From positions 982 to 64,981 of the forward strand of contig NZ_JASJHV010000140.1 of the NCBI RefSeq assembly GCF_037625555.1: DNA of 64,000 bases, read 5' to 3'. This DNA is from Lacinutrix sp. (lineage in GTDB: Bacteria > Bacteroidota > Bacteroidia > Flavobacteriales > Flavobacteriaceae). Below, piece by piece: positions 51,401 through 61,108 of the stretch. Below the pieces are notes generated by a model. That model saw only the letters and a list, made by a program, of their open reading frames with translations. It was not told where the DNA came from and ran no database searches. Both the position numbers and the translations under genes were made by a program. Each line of letters begins with the position of its first letter. Position 1 is the first letter of the stretch.

Positions 51401-51532
51401 TATAAAAAAATTCAACGTTAATAACTTTTCATATAAATAGCCATAAGAATTTATCGTAAAAGTACTTTTTCTTTAAATTCGTATTAGTAATTTTTATAAT
51501 TTAAAATTTTAGCAACATTATTATTAATTAAG

Positions 51533-51557
51533 AGATTCCTGTCTTTACAGGAATAAT
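51533..51557. repeat. Degenerate REP-like palindrome
   Basis: AGATTCCTGT-CTTT-ACAGGAATAAT resembles the GATTCCTGC-TTTC-GCAGGAATGAC repeat common in Flavobacteria (from memory). Confidence 0.45.
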
Positions 51558-51560
51558 ATT

Positions 51561-52385
51561 ATGAAACAATATCACGACTTAGTAAAGCACGTTTTAGAAA
51601 ACGGAAACGAAAAGGGAGACAGAACTGGTACAGGAACAAAAAGTGTTTTTGGGTACCAAATGCGTTTTGATCTAAGCGAAGGTTTTCCAATGGTTACAAC
51701 TAAAAAACTACACTTAAAATCTATTATATACGAGCTACTTTGGTTTTTAAAAGGTGATACAAATATTAATTACCTAACAGAAAATGGGGTTAAAATCTGG
51801 AACAGTTGGGCAGATAAAAACGGTGATTTAGGACCTGTTTACGGTCACCAATGGCGTAATTGGAATAGTGATGAGGTAGACCAAATTACAGATGTTATTA
51901 ACACATTAAAAACCAATCCAAATAGTAGACGCATGATGGTGTCTGCTTGGAATCCTTCAGTTTTACCAGACACCTCAAAATCTTTCGACGAGAATGTTGC
52001 CAATAGTAAAGCTGCTTTACCACCTTGCCATGCCTTTTTTCAGTTTTATGTAGCAGATGGTAAATTGTCTTGCCAACTCTACCAACGTAGTGCAGACATC
52101 TTTCTTGGTGTTCCTTTTAACATTGCTTCTTATGCATTATTCACAGAAATGATGGCACAAGTTTGTGGCTACCAAGCTGGAGAGTTTATTCACACCTTTG
52201 GAGACGCACATATTTACAACAATCATGTTGAGCAATTAGGATTACAACTCTCTCGCGATTGCAGACCATTGCCAAAAATGAAGTTAAATCCAGATATTAA
52301 AAATATTTTCGATTTTAAATTTGAAGATTTTACGTTGGAAGATTACAATCCGCATCCACACATTAAAGGTGCAGTTGCGGTATAA
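51561..52385 (+). CDS. thyA: Thymidylate synthase
   Basis: [26 protein letters not shown]. Confidence 0.98.
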   Translation: MKQYHDLVKHVLENGNEKGDRTGTGTKSVFGYQMRFDLSEGFPMVTTKKLHLKSIIYELLWFLKGDTNINYLTENGVKIWNSWADKNGDLGPVYGHQWRNWNSDEVDQITDVINTLKTNPNSRRMMVSAWNPSVLPDTSKSFDENVANSKAALPPCHAFFQFYVADGKLSCQLYQRSADIFLGVPFNIASYALFTEMMAQVCGYQAGEFIHTFGDAHIYNNHVEQLGLQLSRDCRPLPKMKLNPDIKNIFDFKFEDFTLEDYNPHPHIKGAVAV

Positions 52386-52390
52386 ATTTT

Positions 52391-52993
52391 ATGAAAAAAA
52401 CATTTAAAACACTACTATTATTCTTTTCTATAAGTTTAGGTTTTTCACAAGAAGAAACAAAAGACGAAATAATTTCACTCACAGATGAAGGTAAAACAAA
52501 TACAGATGCAGAAGAAATAGCTTTTACTGTTATTGAACGCGTTCCAATTCATGCCAACTGTAACGAATCTCTTAGTAATCAAGCATTAAAAAAATGCATG
52601 AATAATTAAATGATGTTACTTATTATTAAAAATTTTAATGTAGATCTCGCTACAGATTTAAACTTACCTAGCGGAAAAAATAGAATACACACTTTATTTA
52701 GTATAAATAAAGATGGTTTAGTCGACAATATTAGAGTAAGAGCTCCACATCCCAAATTGGAAGAAGAAAGTAGAAGGCTTATTAATTTAATACCTATATT
52801 TAAAAAACCAGGCATGCATAAAGGCAAACCGGTTAACGTTACTTTTGCTTTACCAATAAATTTCATGGTAGGAGGCAGCACAAAAGTTTTAACTAAAAAA
52901 GAAAAAAAGGCAATAGAACGTGACAAAAGAAAACTTGCAAAAAAAATTGAAAAACAATTAAAGCAAGCAAAAAAAGATGCCAGAAATAAATAA
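52391..52993 (+). pseudogene. TonB C-terminal domain protein, split by nonsense codon
   Basis: FTVIERVPI..C..KKCMNN*MMLL..FSINKDG..RAPHPKLEEE..KPG..PVNVTFALPINF; single in-frame TAA at 52607. Confidence 0.8.
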
Positions 52994-53044
52994 ATTATTA
53001 GAGATTAATACAAATCATCTAATATTTAAATTAAAAACACTTTT

Positions 53045-53935
53045 ATGTTTGGAAAAAAAAAACAAAAACCACAAATAAATCAAGAGCAATTAGCACTTAT
53101 AGAAAACGCACAACGTCGTGTTAAACAAAAAAAAGGACTATATGTCCATTTTGTAATTTTCTTAATTGGCGCAGTATTTCTAATACTTGCTAATACTGTT
53201 TTAGGCATTGGAAAAGACCTTACCATTTTTGGCTTAAATTGGTTTGTAATTGCTATTTCTGTATGGTTATTTTTCTTTTTATACCATGTGTTTAATGTGT
53301 TTATTACTAATAAATTTATGGGTAAAGACTGGGAGAAATCGGAAATAGAAAAGTTAGTTGCAAAACAACAAGAAAAAATTGAAGCATTAAAAAGGACTAT
53401 CCAACCTGAAGTTAAAAAAGAGGCAATACAAACAATTAAACACCATAAAAGCCTAACAATTATTGTCGCTGCAGGAGAAAACAACGAAATAGGAAAAGAT
53501 AATGATCTTATTTGGCACTTAAAAGACGACCTAAAGCGTTTTAAATCTTTAACTTCTGGACACCACATAATAATGGGTCGTAAAACTTTTGAAAGCTTCC
53601 CAAAACCGCTTCCTAATAGAACTCATGTTGTGATTTCAAGACAGAAAGACTACCAAGTACCAGAAGGCGTCTTGGTAGTGAATTCTATAGAAGATGCTCT
53701 AGATGCTGCAAATGGAGACAGTCAGCCTTTTATAATTGGTGGTGGAGAAATTTACAAACAAGCCATGCCTTTTGCTTCTAAAATAGAATTAACACGTGTG
53801 CATTCTACGTTCGAAGCAGATACTTTTTTTCCAGAATTAAATTTAAAAGAGTGGAAAGAAACAGAAAGCAAAGTTCATGCTCAAGATGAAAACCATAAGT
53901 ATGCATTTTCTTTTTTAACATATGAAAGGCACTAA
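53045..53935 (+). CDS. folA: 2TM-domain / dihydrofolate reductase fusion
   Basis: N-terminal AQRRVKQKKGLYVHF + two TM helices + WEK; C-terminal IGKDNDLIWHL, IMGRKTFES, IIGGGEIY, ADTFFP. Confidence 0.92.
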   Translation: MFGKKKQKPQINQEQLALIENAQRRVKQKKGLYVHFVIFLIGAVFLILANTVLGIGKDLTIFGLNWFVIAISVWLFFFLYHVFNVFITNKFMGKDWEKSEIEKLVAKQQEKIEALKRTIQPEVKKEAIQTIKHHKSLTIIVAAGENNEIGKDNDLIWHLKDDLKRFKSLTSGHHIIMGRKTFESFPKPLPNRTHVVISRQKDYQVPEGVLVVNSIEDALDAANGDSQPFIIGGGEIYKQAMPFASKIELTRVHSTFEADTFFPELNLKEWKETESKVHAQDENHKYAFSFLTYERH

Positions 53936-55124
53936 ACCAAGACTAACACAAAATAGCATCGTATTTATTTTACTAATTATAAGTAAATTAAGTTTTGCAC
54001 AATTAGAAGTATCTAATATTTCTAATGCAAACCAATTAATGAATAGCCTACTTGGAGATGGCGAAAACATAATTATTAGCAACACAACTATTAAAGGTAG
54101 CAAAAAAACTTTTGGGCTTTTACCACAGCCTCAAAGTATAATGTTTTTTTTTAAAGAAGGTATTATAATGAGTACTGGAGTTGCAAAAGATGCTGAGGGA
54201 CCAAACAACGACACAAAAAAAAGCTCAAAAATTAATTTTTTAAGTGATAATGATATTAATATAATAGCAGATAGAAAAGGCTGTTATGACACTGCTTTGT
54301 TTGAGTTTGATCTTATATCTGCTACAGACGAAATTGAATTTAAATACTGTTTTGCTTCAGAAGAATATTCTGAATATGTATTTAAAAATGTTAATGACGT
54401 TTTTATATTTTTAGTCACCAATACAGACACTAAAGCATCAAAAAATATAGCCTTATTAAATGGAGATGTTAATACACCTATTACTGTAGACCATATAAAT
54501 TTAAAGATTAATTCAGAATATTATATTGAAAATTTCACATACGATGTTTCAACAATAGAAACACTTCAAAAAGATGAAAAAAAATTCGAGTTAGCAAAAA
54601 CTTTCCAGTATGATGGGTTTACAACTATTTTAACAGCAAGAACAAAAGTAATCCCAAATGTTAAATATCACTTTAAACTAGGTATTAGCGATGTTGGAGA
54701 CCAACTTTATGATTCTGCAATGTTTCTAGAAACAAATTCTTTAAAAAGTATAGGCAAAAAACCAAAACAAGAAGTTTTACTAAGTACTTTAGAGGCTAAA
54801 ATTCCTTCAGATGTTTTAATACATTTTGAAACAGACTCTTATGAAATAATAAGAAAACATCATTTTTTATTACTAGATAAAATCGTTAAATCATTAAAAA
54901 ACAATCCTAAACTTACTATTAAAATTATTGGGCACACAGATTCCGTTGGTTCCATTAATTATTACCACAAACTCTCTCTTAGAAGAGCAAGCACCATAAG
55001 TAATTACCTATATAGTAATGGTGTTAGTAAAAACCGTTTTACAATAGAAGGCTATGGAGAAAGTAAACTTAAAAATAATGTAGCAAAAGATAATCGTCGT
55101 GTAGAAATAATATTCTTCAAGTAA
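53922..55124 (+). CDS. Choice-of-anchor L domain + OmpA-like protein
   Basis: GIIMSTG, FASEEY, QYDGFT, YDSAMFL; IHFETDS, IIGHTDSVG, LSLRRA, GYGE, NRRVE. Confidence 0.8.
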   Translation: MKGTKPRLTQNSIVFILLIISKLSFAQLEVSNISNANQLMNSLLGDGENIIISNTTIKGSKKTFGLLPQPQSIMFFFKEGIIMSTGVAKDAEGPNNDTKKSSKINFLSDNDINIIADRKGCYDTALFEFDLISATDEIEFKYCFASEEYSEYVFKNVNDVFIFLVTNTDTKASKNIALLNGDVNTPITVDHINLKINSEYYIENFTYDVSTIETLQKDEKKFELAKTFQYDGFTTILTARTKVIPNVKYHFKLGISDVGDQLYDSAMFLETNSLKSIGKKPKQEVLLSTLEAKIPSDVLIHFETDSYEIIRKHHFLLLDKIVKSLKNNPKLTIKIIGHTDSVGSINYYHKLSLRRASTISNYLYSNGVSKNRFTIEGYGESKLKNNVAKDNRRVEIIFFK

Positions 55125-55199
55125 ACCCATAACTTTTATTGCCAGAAAACATCAACATTACTATTGTTAAAAACCATCATTTTTCCCTAATTTTACAAC

Positions 55200-56756
55200 A
55201 TGGTAAAAGACATACAATTACGTTTAACCTTAAAAGACGAAGAATGTAGTGATATATTGCTAATAAAAGCAGCTCAATATTTAAGCATTCCTAGAGAGGA
55301 TATTACAGGAATAAAAGTGTTGCGCAAATCTATAGATGCCAGAAAAGCTAAGATTATTCTTAACTATAAATTATCTATTTATATAAAGGAAGCTTTACCA
55401 GAAAAATCAGATTATCAATTTCATTACAAAGATGTTTCTAAGGCAAAACCCGTTCATATTATTGGTTTTGGACCTGCAGGAATGTGGGCTGCTTTAAGAT
55501 GTATAGAGTTAGGCTACAAACCTATTGTTCTAGAACGCGGTAAAAATGTTCAAGATCGTAGACGCGATTTAAAAGCCATTAACCAAGACCATTTTGTAAA
55601 CGAAGACTCCAACTACTGCTTTGGTGAAGGAGGTGCAGGCACTTATAGCGATGGTAAATTGTATACAAGAAGTTTAAAACGTGGTGATGTAATAAAAATA
55701 TTCGAAAATCTAGTCTTCCATGGTGCAACAGAGCAAATTTTAGTAGATGCACATCCACATATTGGAACTAATAAACTACCAAAAGTGGTTCAAAATATTC
55801 GAGAAAATATTATAAAATTTGGAGGTGAAGTTCATTTTGAAACGCGTCTAACAGATTTTAATATAAAAAATAACAAAATAGAATCTATAGTACTGCAAAA
55901 TGGCAACGAGATGGTAACAGACCGTGTTATTCTGGCAACAGGACATTCGGCTAGAGACATTTTCTATCTTCTAGATAAAAAGAAGATTGCTTTAAAAGCA
56001 AAATCTTTTGCAATGGGAGTTCGTGTAGAACATCCACAATACATTATAGACTCTATACAATACCATTGTTCTGGTGAGCGTCATGAATCTTTACCAGCAG
56101 CTTCCTATAGTTTAGTACAACAAGTTAAAGATCGTGGTGTTTATTCTTTTTGCATGTGTCCTGGTGGATTTATTGTACCAGCAGCTACTGCAAATGGCGA
56201 AGTAGTAGTAAACGGAATGTCGCCATCTCGACGCAATAATAAATTTGCAAATTCTGGAATTGTAGTAGAAATTAATGTAGATCAAGACATCCCAAAATAC
56301 GAACAATTTGGTGCTTTAAAAGGCTTAGAATACCAAAAAAACTTAGAACGTATTGCGTTTACATCTGGAGGAAGAACTCAAGCAGCTCCTGCACAACGCT
56401 TAACAGACTTTGTAGAAGGTAATTTATCAAACTCTTTAAACGAAACGTCTTATCAACCTGGTTTAAATAGTGCACCATTACATTCCCTATTACCAAAATT
56501 AATTGGTAGCAGATTACGAAAAGGCTTTGAAGCTTTTGGCCGAAAAATGAATGGCTATTATACTGCAGAGGCTAATATAATTGGTGTAGAATCTAGAACA
56601 AGCTCTCCTGTAAATATTCCTAGAACCGAAACTTTACAACATCCAGAAATTTCTAATTTATTTCCGTGTGGAGAAGGTGGTGGTTATGCTGGTGGCATTA
56701 TTAGTGCAGCTATGGATGGCGAACGTTGTGCTGAAGCTGCAGTTGTTGGGTTATAA
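55200..56756 (+). CDS. NAD(P)/FAD-dependent oxidoreductase
   Basis: IGFGPAG, GEGGAGTYSDGKL, SFCMCPGG, GEGGGYAGGI. Confidence 0.9.
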   Translation: MVKDIQLRLTLKDEECSDILLIKAAQYLSIPREDITGIKVLRKSIDARKAKIILNYKLSIYIKEALPEKSDYQFHYKDVSKAKPVHIIGFGPAGMWAALRCIELGYKPIVLERGKNVQDRRRDLKAINQDHFVNEDSNYCFGEGGAGTYSDGKLYTRSLKRGDVIKIFENLVFHGATEQILVDAHPHIGTNKLPKVVQNIRENIIKFGGEVHFETRLTDFNIKNNKIESIVLQNGNEMVTDRVILATGHSARDIFYLLDKKKIALKAKSFAMGVRVEHPQYIIDSIQYHCSGERHESLPAASYSLVQQVKDRGVYSFCMCPGGFIVPAATANGEVVVNGMSPSRRNNKFANSGIVVEINVDQDIPKYEQFGALKGLEYQKNLERIAFTSGGRTQAAPAQRLTDFVEGNLSNSLNETSYQPGLNSAPLHSLLPKLIGSRLRKGFEAFGRKMNGYYTAEANIIGVESRTSSPVNIPRTETLQHPEISNLFPCGEGGGYAGGIISAAMDGERCAEAAVVGL

Positions 56757-56855
56757 CAAACTATACCAAATACAAAGAAAGTAAAAAAGGCTAACAAATG
56801 GTCTTGGTACTTTTTACAGAATTTATTCCTATTTTTGTCATTCAAAATTAAACCA

Positions 56856-57749
56856 ATGAAAGCATATATATTTCCAGGTCAAGGCGCTCAATTCTCAGGA
56901 ATGGGCTTAGATTTATACGAAAACTCACCAGAAGCTCAGCATTTATTTGAAGATGCAAATGAAATTTTAGGATTTCATATTACAGACATTATGTTCGAAG
57001 GTACTGCTGAAGCTTTAAAAGAAACTAAAGTTACGCAGCCAGCAATATTTTTACACTCTGTAATTTTAGCAAAAACCTTAGGTGAAAATTTTAAACCAGA
57101 TATGGTTGCAGGTCACTCTCTTGGTGAATTTTCTGCATTAGTTGCTAATGGCACCTTAACTTTTGAAGATGGTTTGCGTTTAGTTTCACAACGTGCTTTA
57201 GCTATGCAAAAAGCTTGTGAAATACAACCAAGTACTATGGCTGCAGTTTTAGGTCTAGAAGATGCTTTAGTTGAAAAAATATGTAATGAAACAAAAGGTA
57301 TTGTTGTACCTGCTAATTATAATTGTCCAGGACAACTTGTAATATCTGGAGAAATTGAAGCCATTAATAGAGCTTGTGATGCTTTAAAAGAAGCTGGAGC
57401 AAGACGTGCTTTAGTGCTACCTGTTGGTGGTGCTTTTCACTCACCAATGATGGAGCCTGCAAGAGAAGAACTTGCAGCTGCCATAGAAAATACAAGTTTT
57501 AGCAAACCTAATTGCCCTATTTACCAAAATGTAACTGCAAGTGCTATTTTAGATGAAGCTAAAATAAAAGCTAACTTAATTTCTCAATTAACTGCTCCTG
57601 TTCGTTGGATACAATCTATAGAACAAATGATAACAGATGGTGCAACACTTTTTACAGAGGTTGGTCCAGGAAAAGTATTACAAGGTTTAGTAAAGAAAAT
57701 TAATAGAGCAGCTGAAACTGCATCTGCCACAATAGAAAGCGCTTCTTAA
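56856..57749 (+). CDS. fabD: Malonyl-CoA:ACP transacylase
   Basis: FPGQGAQ, GHSLGE, GAFHS, EVGPG. Confidence 0.97.
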   Translation: MKAYIFPGQGAQFSGMGLDLYENSPEAQHLFEDANEILGFHITDIMFEGTAEALKETKVTQPAIFLHSVILAKTLGENFKPDMVAGHSLGEFSALVANGTLTFEDGLRLVSQRALAMQKACEIQPSTMAAVLGLEDALVEKICNETKGIVVPANYNCPGQLVISGEIEAINRACDALKEAGARRALVLPVGGAFHSPMMEPAREELAAAIENTSFSKPNCPIYQNVTASAILDEAKIKANLISQLTAPVRWIQSIEQMITDGATLFTEVGPGKVLQGLVKKINRAAETASATIESAS

Positions 57750-57751
57750 TT

Positions 57752-58237
57752 ATGAAAAATAAAAGAACGCTTTTTATAATTTTACTTGTTGTTTTTAATA
57801 TTGCTATAGACCAGATTTCTAAATTTTGGATAAGAGCTAATGTTGTGGCTGGAAGTAAATCTCAAATTATTGGAGATTATTTTACATTACATAATGTTGA
57901 AAACGAAGGTGCCTTTTTAGGTTTAGGAAGTGATTTCAATCCTATACTAAAAATTATTTTGCTTAATGTTTTACCTATAGTAGTTCTCACACTCGTACTT
58001 ATTCATGTATTTAGAGATAAAAATTTAGATAAATTTTCTTTAATTGGGTTTTGCTGTATTATTGGTGGTGGAATTGCAAATATTTATGATAGAATTATAT
58101 ATAAATCTGTAACAGATTTTTGGCACATAGATTTAGGAGGTGTATTTAGAACAGGAATTTTTAACATTGCAGACATGTCTGTTATGTTAGGAATGGGATT
58201 ACTAATTTTAGGAAATTTTAAAAAGAAAAAAGCATAA
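57752..58237 (+). CDS. lspA: Lipoprotein signal peptidase
   Basis: DQISK, NEGAFLG, ANIYDR, VTDF, FNIAD. Confidence 0.93.
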   Translation: MKNKRTLFIILLVVFNIAIDQISKFWIRANVVAGSKSQIIGDYFTLHNVENEGAFLGLGSDFNPILKIILLNVLPIVVLTLVLIHVFRDKNLDKFSLIGFCCIIGGGIANIYDRIIYKSVTDFWHIDLGGVFRTGIFNIADMSVMLGMGLLILGNFKKKKA

Positions 58238-58240
58238 AAA

Positions 58241-58262
58241 AGCCTCGATAATTATCGAGGCT
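58241..58262. terminator. Bidirectional hairpin
   Basis: AGCCTCGATAATTATCGAGGCT perfect palindrome between convergent genes. Confidence 0.7.
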
Positions 58263-58270
58263 ATATTTTA

Positions 58271-58462
58271 TTATTTAGCTAAAACACATTCTTCGCAATC
58301 TTTAACTTCTCCATAATACGTTTCTCTGTATTTATGTAAGGTTTTAATTGTAATACCTAAAAATTGACTTTTAACATAAGTTACTTTAGCGTTTAAACGT
58401 CCCATTTTAGGAGCGAATCTGTTTTCTTGAATGGTTTCTCTTTTTACTTGTATCAGTTTCAT
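58271..58462 (-). CDS. Small conserved hypothetical protein (63 aa, C-terminal CxxC)
   Basis: KTLHKYRETYYGEVKDCEEC; occupies its own intergenic gap. Confidence 0.65.
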   Translation of the reverse strand: MKLIQVKRETIQENRFAPKMGRLNAKVTYVKSQFLGITIKTLHKYRETYYGEVKDCEECVLAK

Positions 58463-58633
58463 AATATCTATTTCATTAAGTCACAAAGAAACGTAGATTT
58501 ACAACCAATTACAAAAATTAAAAGCTAAGTCTTTGTTAATCAAATAATTAATTAGAAATCAATAACTATTATACAATATAATTATTAAACTGTTAAAAAG
58601 TTGATACTATTGTTTAGAATATGATAATATAAA

Positions 58634-59647
58634 TTAAAGCGTTTGTTGCCATTTCCATGCAGAATCCATAGCATCATCTAAAGTAGATTTTGCTTCCCAA
58701 CCTAAAATCTCGTTAGCTTTTTTGATATTTGCATAAGCACAGATAACATCTCCTTCTCTCCTATCTACAACTTTATAATTTAGTTTTTGGTTTGAAACAC
58801 GTTCGAAAGACTGAATGATTTCTAGTACTGAACTTCCAGTTCCTGTTCCTAAATTAAAAACTTCAAAATTGGTTTGAGGCTTTTTATTTAATAACCGTTG
58901 TAATGCTATTACATGTGCATTAGCTATATCAACAACATGAATATAATCGCGAATACAGGTTCCATCAGGTGTTGGATAATTATCGCCAAAAACAGACAAC
59001 TCTTTTCTAATACCAGATCCTGTTTGTGTAATATAAGGCACTAGATTTTGAGGCACTCCTATTGGTAATTCTCCAATTTTCGCAGACTTATGTGCTCCTA
59101 TTGGGTTAAAATACCGCAATGCGATTGCATTAAAATTTATACTGGCTTTACAAGTATCTTTTATAATTGCTTCTCCTATTTGTTTGGTGTTTCCATAAGG
59201 AGACTCTGCTGGCTTAATAGGAGCCGTTTCTGTAATTGGCATTATATCTGCTTGTCCATAAACTGTACAAGATGAACTAAAAATAAAATTAGAGGTTTCG
59301 CTGTTAGATAACTCTTGAAGTAAATAAATGAGGGTATTAATATTGTTTTCGTAATATAATAATGGGTTCTCAACACTTTCACCAACTGCTTTACTTGCTG
59401 CAAAATGAATAATACCAGAAATATCGTTGTGCTTTTTAAAAAAATGCTGTGTTTTAAGTTTATCTCTTAAATCGAAATTTTCGAACTCTGGTGCTTGATT
59501 TGTAATAGCTGTGATTCCTTCTAATACTTGTATTGAAGAATTAGATAAATTATCTATTATAACCACTTTAAAACCTGCTTCTTGAAGCGCAACTACTGTA
59601 TGTGATCCAATATATCCTAATCCTCCAGTTACTAATATTTTTGACAT
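58634..59647 (-). CDS. galE: UDP-glucose 4-epimerase
   Basis: GGLGYIGSH, YGNTK, LRYFNP, DGTCIRDYIHV. Confidence 0.95.
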   Translation of the reverse strand: MSKILVTGGLGYIGSHTVVALQEAGFKVVIIDNLSNSSIQVLEGITAITNQAPEFENFDLRDKLKTQHFFKKHNDISGIIHFAASKAVGESVENPLLYYENNINTLIYLLQELSNSETSNFIFSSSCTVYGQADIMPITETAPIKPAESPYGNTKQIGEAIIKDTCKASINFNAIALRYFNPIGAHKSAKIGELPIGVPQNLVPYITQTGSGIRKELSVFGDNYPTPDGTCIRDYIHVVDIANAHVIALQRLLNKKPQTNFEVFNLGTGTGSSVLEIIQSFERVSNQKLNYKVVDRREGDVICAYANIKKANEILGWEAKSTLDDAMDSAWKWQQTL

Positions 59648-59685
59648 TTTAAATTGGGCTTTAACTTTTAAATTATTCTAGTTTT

Positions 59686-59790
59686 TGCGAGAAGGATGGA
59701 AACGGAATCCTTTTTTGCTTTTTTTTAAGCAAAAAAGATATAGTGTAGAGCCTGACTTTTGGTAATTAAAACCAAAAGACTCGCCCAAAT
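59686..59790 (-). ncRNA. Structured intergenic repeat, Flavo-1 RNA-like (copy B)
   Basis: Minus strand TTTGGGCGAG..GTCAGGCTCTACACTATATCTTTTTTGC..GCAAAAAAGGATTCCGTTTCCATCCTTCTCGCA. Confidence 0.6.
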
Positions 59791-59791
59791 T

Positions 59792-60949
59792 TTAATTATT
59801 ATCTATAAAATCTATTATAGTTTTGGTTATAAATGTTATTTGTTCGCCATCTAACTCTGTGTGCATAGGCAGAGAAATAACTTCTTTTACTAGCTGGTTT
59901 GTTACCTTAAAATTAGCTTCATCGTAACGCGAATCTAAATACGCTTTTTGTTTATGAAGAGGTATTGGGTAATAAACACCACAAGGAATACCGTTACTAT
60001 TTAAGTGTTTTACCAAGGCATCTCTGTCTGCATTTTCAATTTTTAAAGTGTATTGATGGAACACGTGGCAATCGCATGTATCGCAAATACTATCGCATCC
60101 ATTAACTGTTTTTGGTGTTGTTATATTTGGATGATTTGCAAATGCTTTATTGTATGCTCTAGCTGCGTTTCTTCGTGCATTATTGTACTTATCTAAATGT
60201 GACAATTTAGCATCTAAAACTGCTGCTTGAATAGAGTCTAAACGAGAATTTACTCCTACAACATCATGGTGGTAGCGTTCGTACATTCCATGATTTACGA
60301 TACCTCTTAGTGTATGAGCTAAATCATCATCATTTGTAAAAATCGCTCCTCCATCTCCATAACATCCAAGGTTTTTAGAAGGAAAAAACGATGTTGATGC
60401 GACATGTCCTATTGTTCCAGACATTGCTTTTTCTCCTCTGCTATTAGTATATTTAGCGCCTATTCCTTGTGCGTTATCTTCAATAACATACAAGTTATGC
60501 TCTTTGGCTAAAGCCATTAAAGCTTCCATGTTTGCACACTGCCCAAATAAATGGACAGGTACTATAGCTTTAGTTCTGGGCGTAATAGCGTTTTTTACTG
60601 CCTCTATATTTATGTTAAAATCGTCTGGATTTACATCTACTAAAACAGGTGTTAAGTTTAACAAAGCAATAACCTCTACTGTTGCAGCAAAAGTAAAATC
60701 GGCAGTAATAACCTCATCTCCTGGCTTTAAACCTAATCCCATCATCGCTATTTGCAAGGCATCTGTACCATTAGCACATGGAATAACATGTTTAGCACCC
60801 AAATAATTTTCTAGGTTTTTTTGAAACTCATGAACCTTTGGTCCATTAATAAAAGTTGTGGTTTCTAAAACTTCTTGGATAGAATCGTTAACCACTGTTT
60901 TTATTTCTTTGTATTGACCTTTAAGGTCAACCATTTGGATTTTTTTCAT
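59792..60949 (-). CDS. DegT/DnrJ/EryC1/StrS sugar aminotransferase
   Basis: ANGTDAL, EDNAQ, SFFPSKNLGCYGDGG, NSRLD. Confidence 0.95.
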   Translation of the reverse strand: MKKIQMVDLKGQYKEIKTVVNDSIQEVLETTTFINGPKVHEFQKNLENYLGAKHVIPCANGTDALQIAMMGLGLKPGDEVITADFTFAATVEVIALLNLTPVLVDVNPDDFNINIEAVKNAITPRTKAIVPVHLFGQCANMEALMALAKEHNLYVIEDNAQGIGAKYTNSRGEKAMSGTIGHVASTSFFPSKNLGCYGDGGAIFTNDDDLAHTLRGIVNHGMYERYHHDVVGVNSRLDSIQAAVLDAKLSHLDKYNNARRNAARAYNKAFANHPNITTPKTVNGCDSICDTCDCHVFHQYTLKIENADRDALVKHLNSNGIPCGVYYPIPLHKQKAYLDSRYDEANFKVTNQLVKEVISLPMHTELDGEQITFITKTIIDFIDNN

Positions 60950-61108
60950 GTGTTTGTTTGTTATTGTTTTTAACGATTATACGTTATTGTAAATTAATGA
61001 TATCTAACTACTATAAAGTACTTACGTAATCGATTAATAAAACGAATTTACAAAATTCACAAATGCTAAACAATGAATTATGTATTTTAGCACAAAGCAT
61101 TTTTAAAA

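Noticed and set aside
14863-52993. Stop-codon reassignment or programmed readthrough (including Sec/Pyl) explaining the split genes
   Set aside because: Internal stops are a mix of TAG, TGA and TAA at positions of different amino acids, co-occur with frameshifts and deletions, and intact genes end in TAA or TAG normally
5242-52993. Sequencing or assembly error as the sole cause of broken genes
   Set aside because: Lesions include substitutions and large deletions, cluster several per accessory gene and spare long homopolymer-rich core genes; single A-run frameshifts such as 15185 could still be errors
1956-60806. Many 60-176 aa ORFs in the track (e.g. 2672-3202, 7895-8260, 47498-47842, 53080-53568, 60504-60806)
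   Set aside because: Antisense or alternate-frame shadows of well-supported genes, with no recognisable motifs
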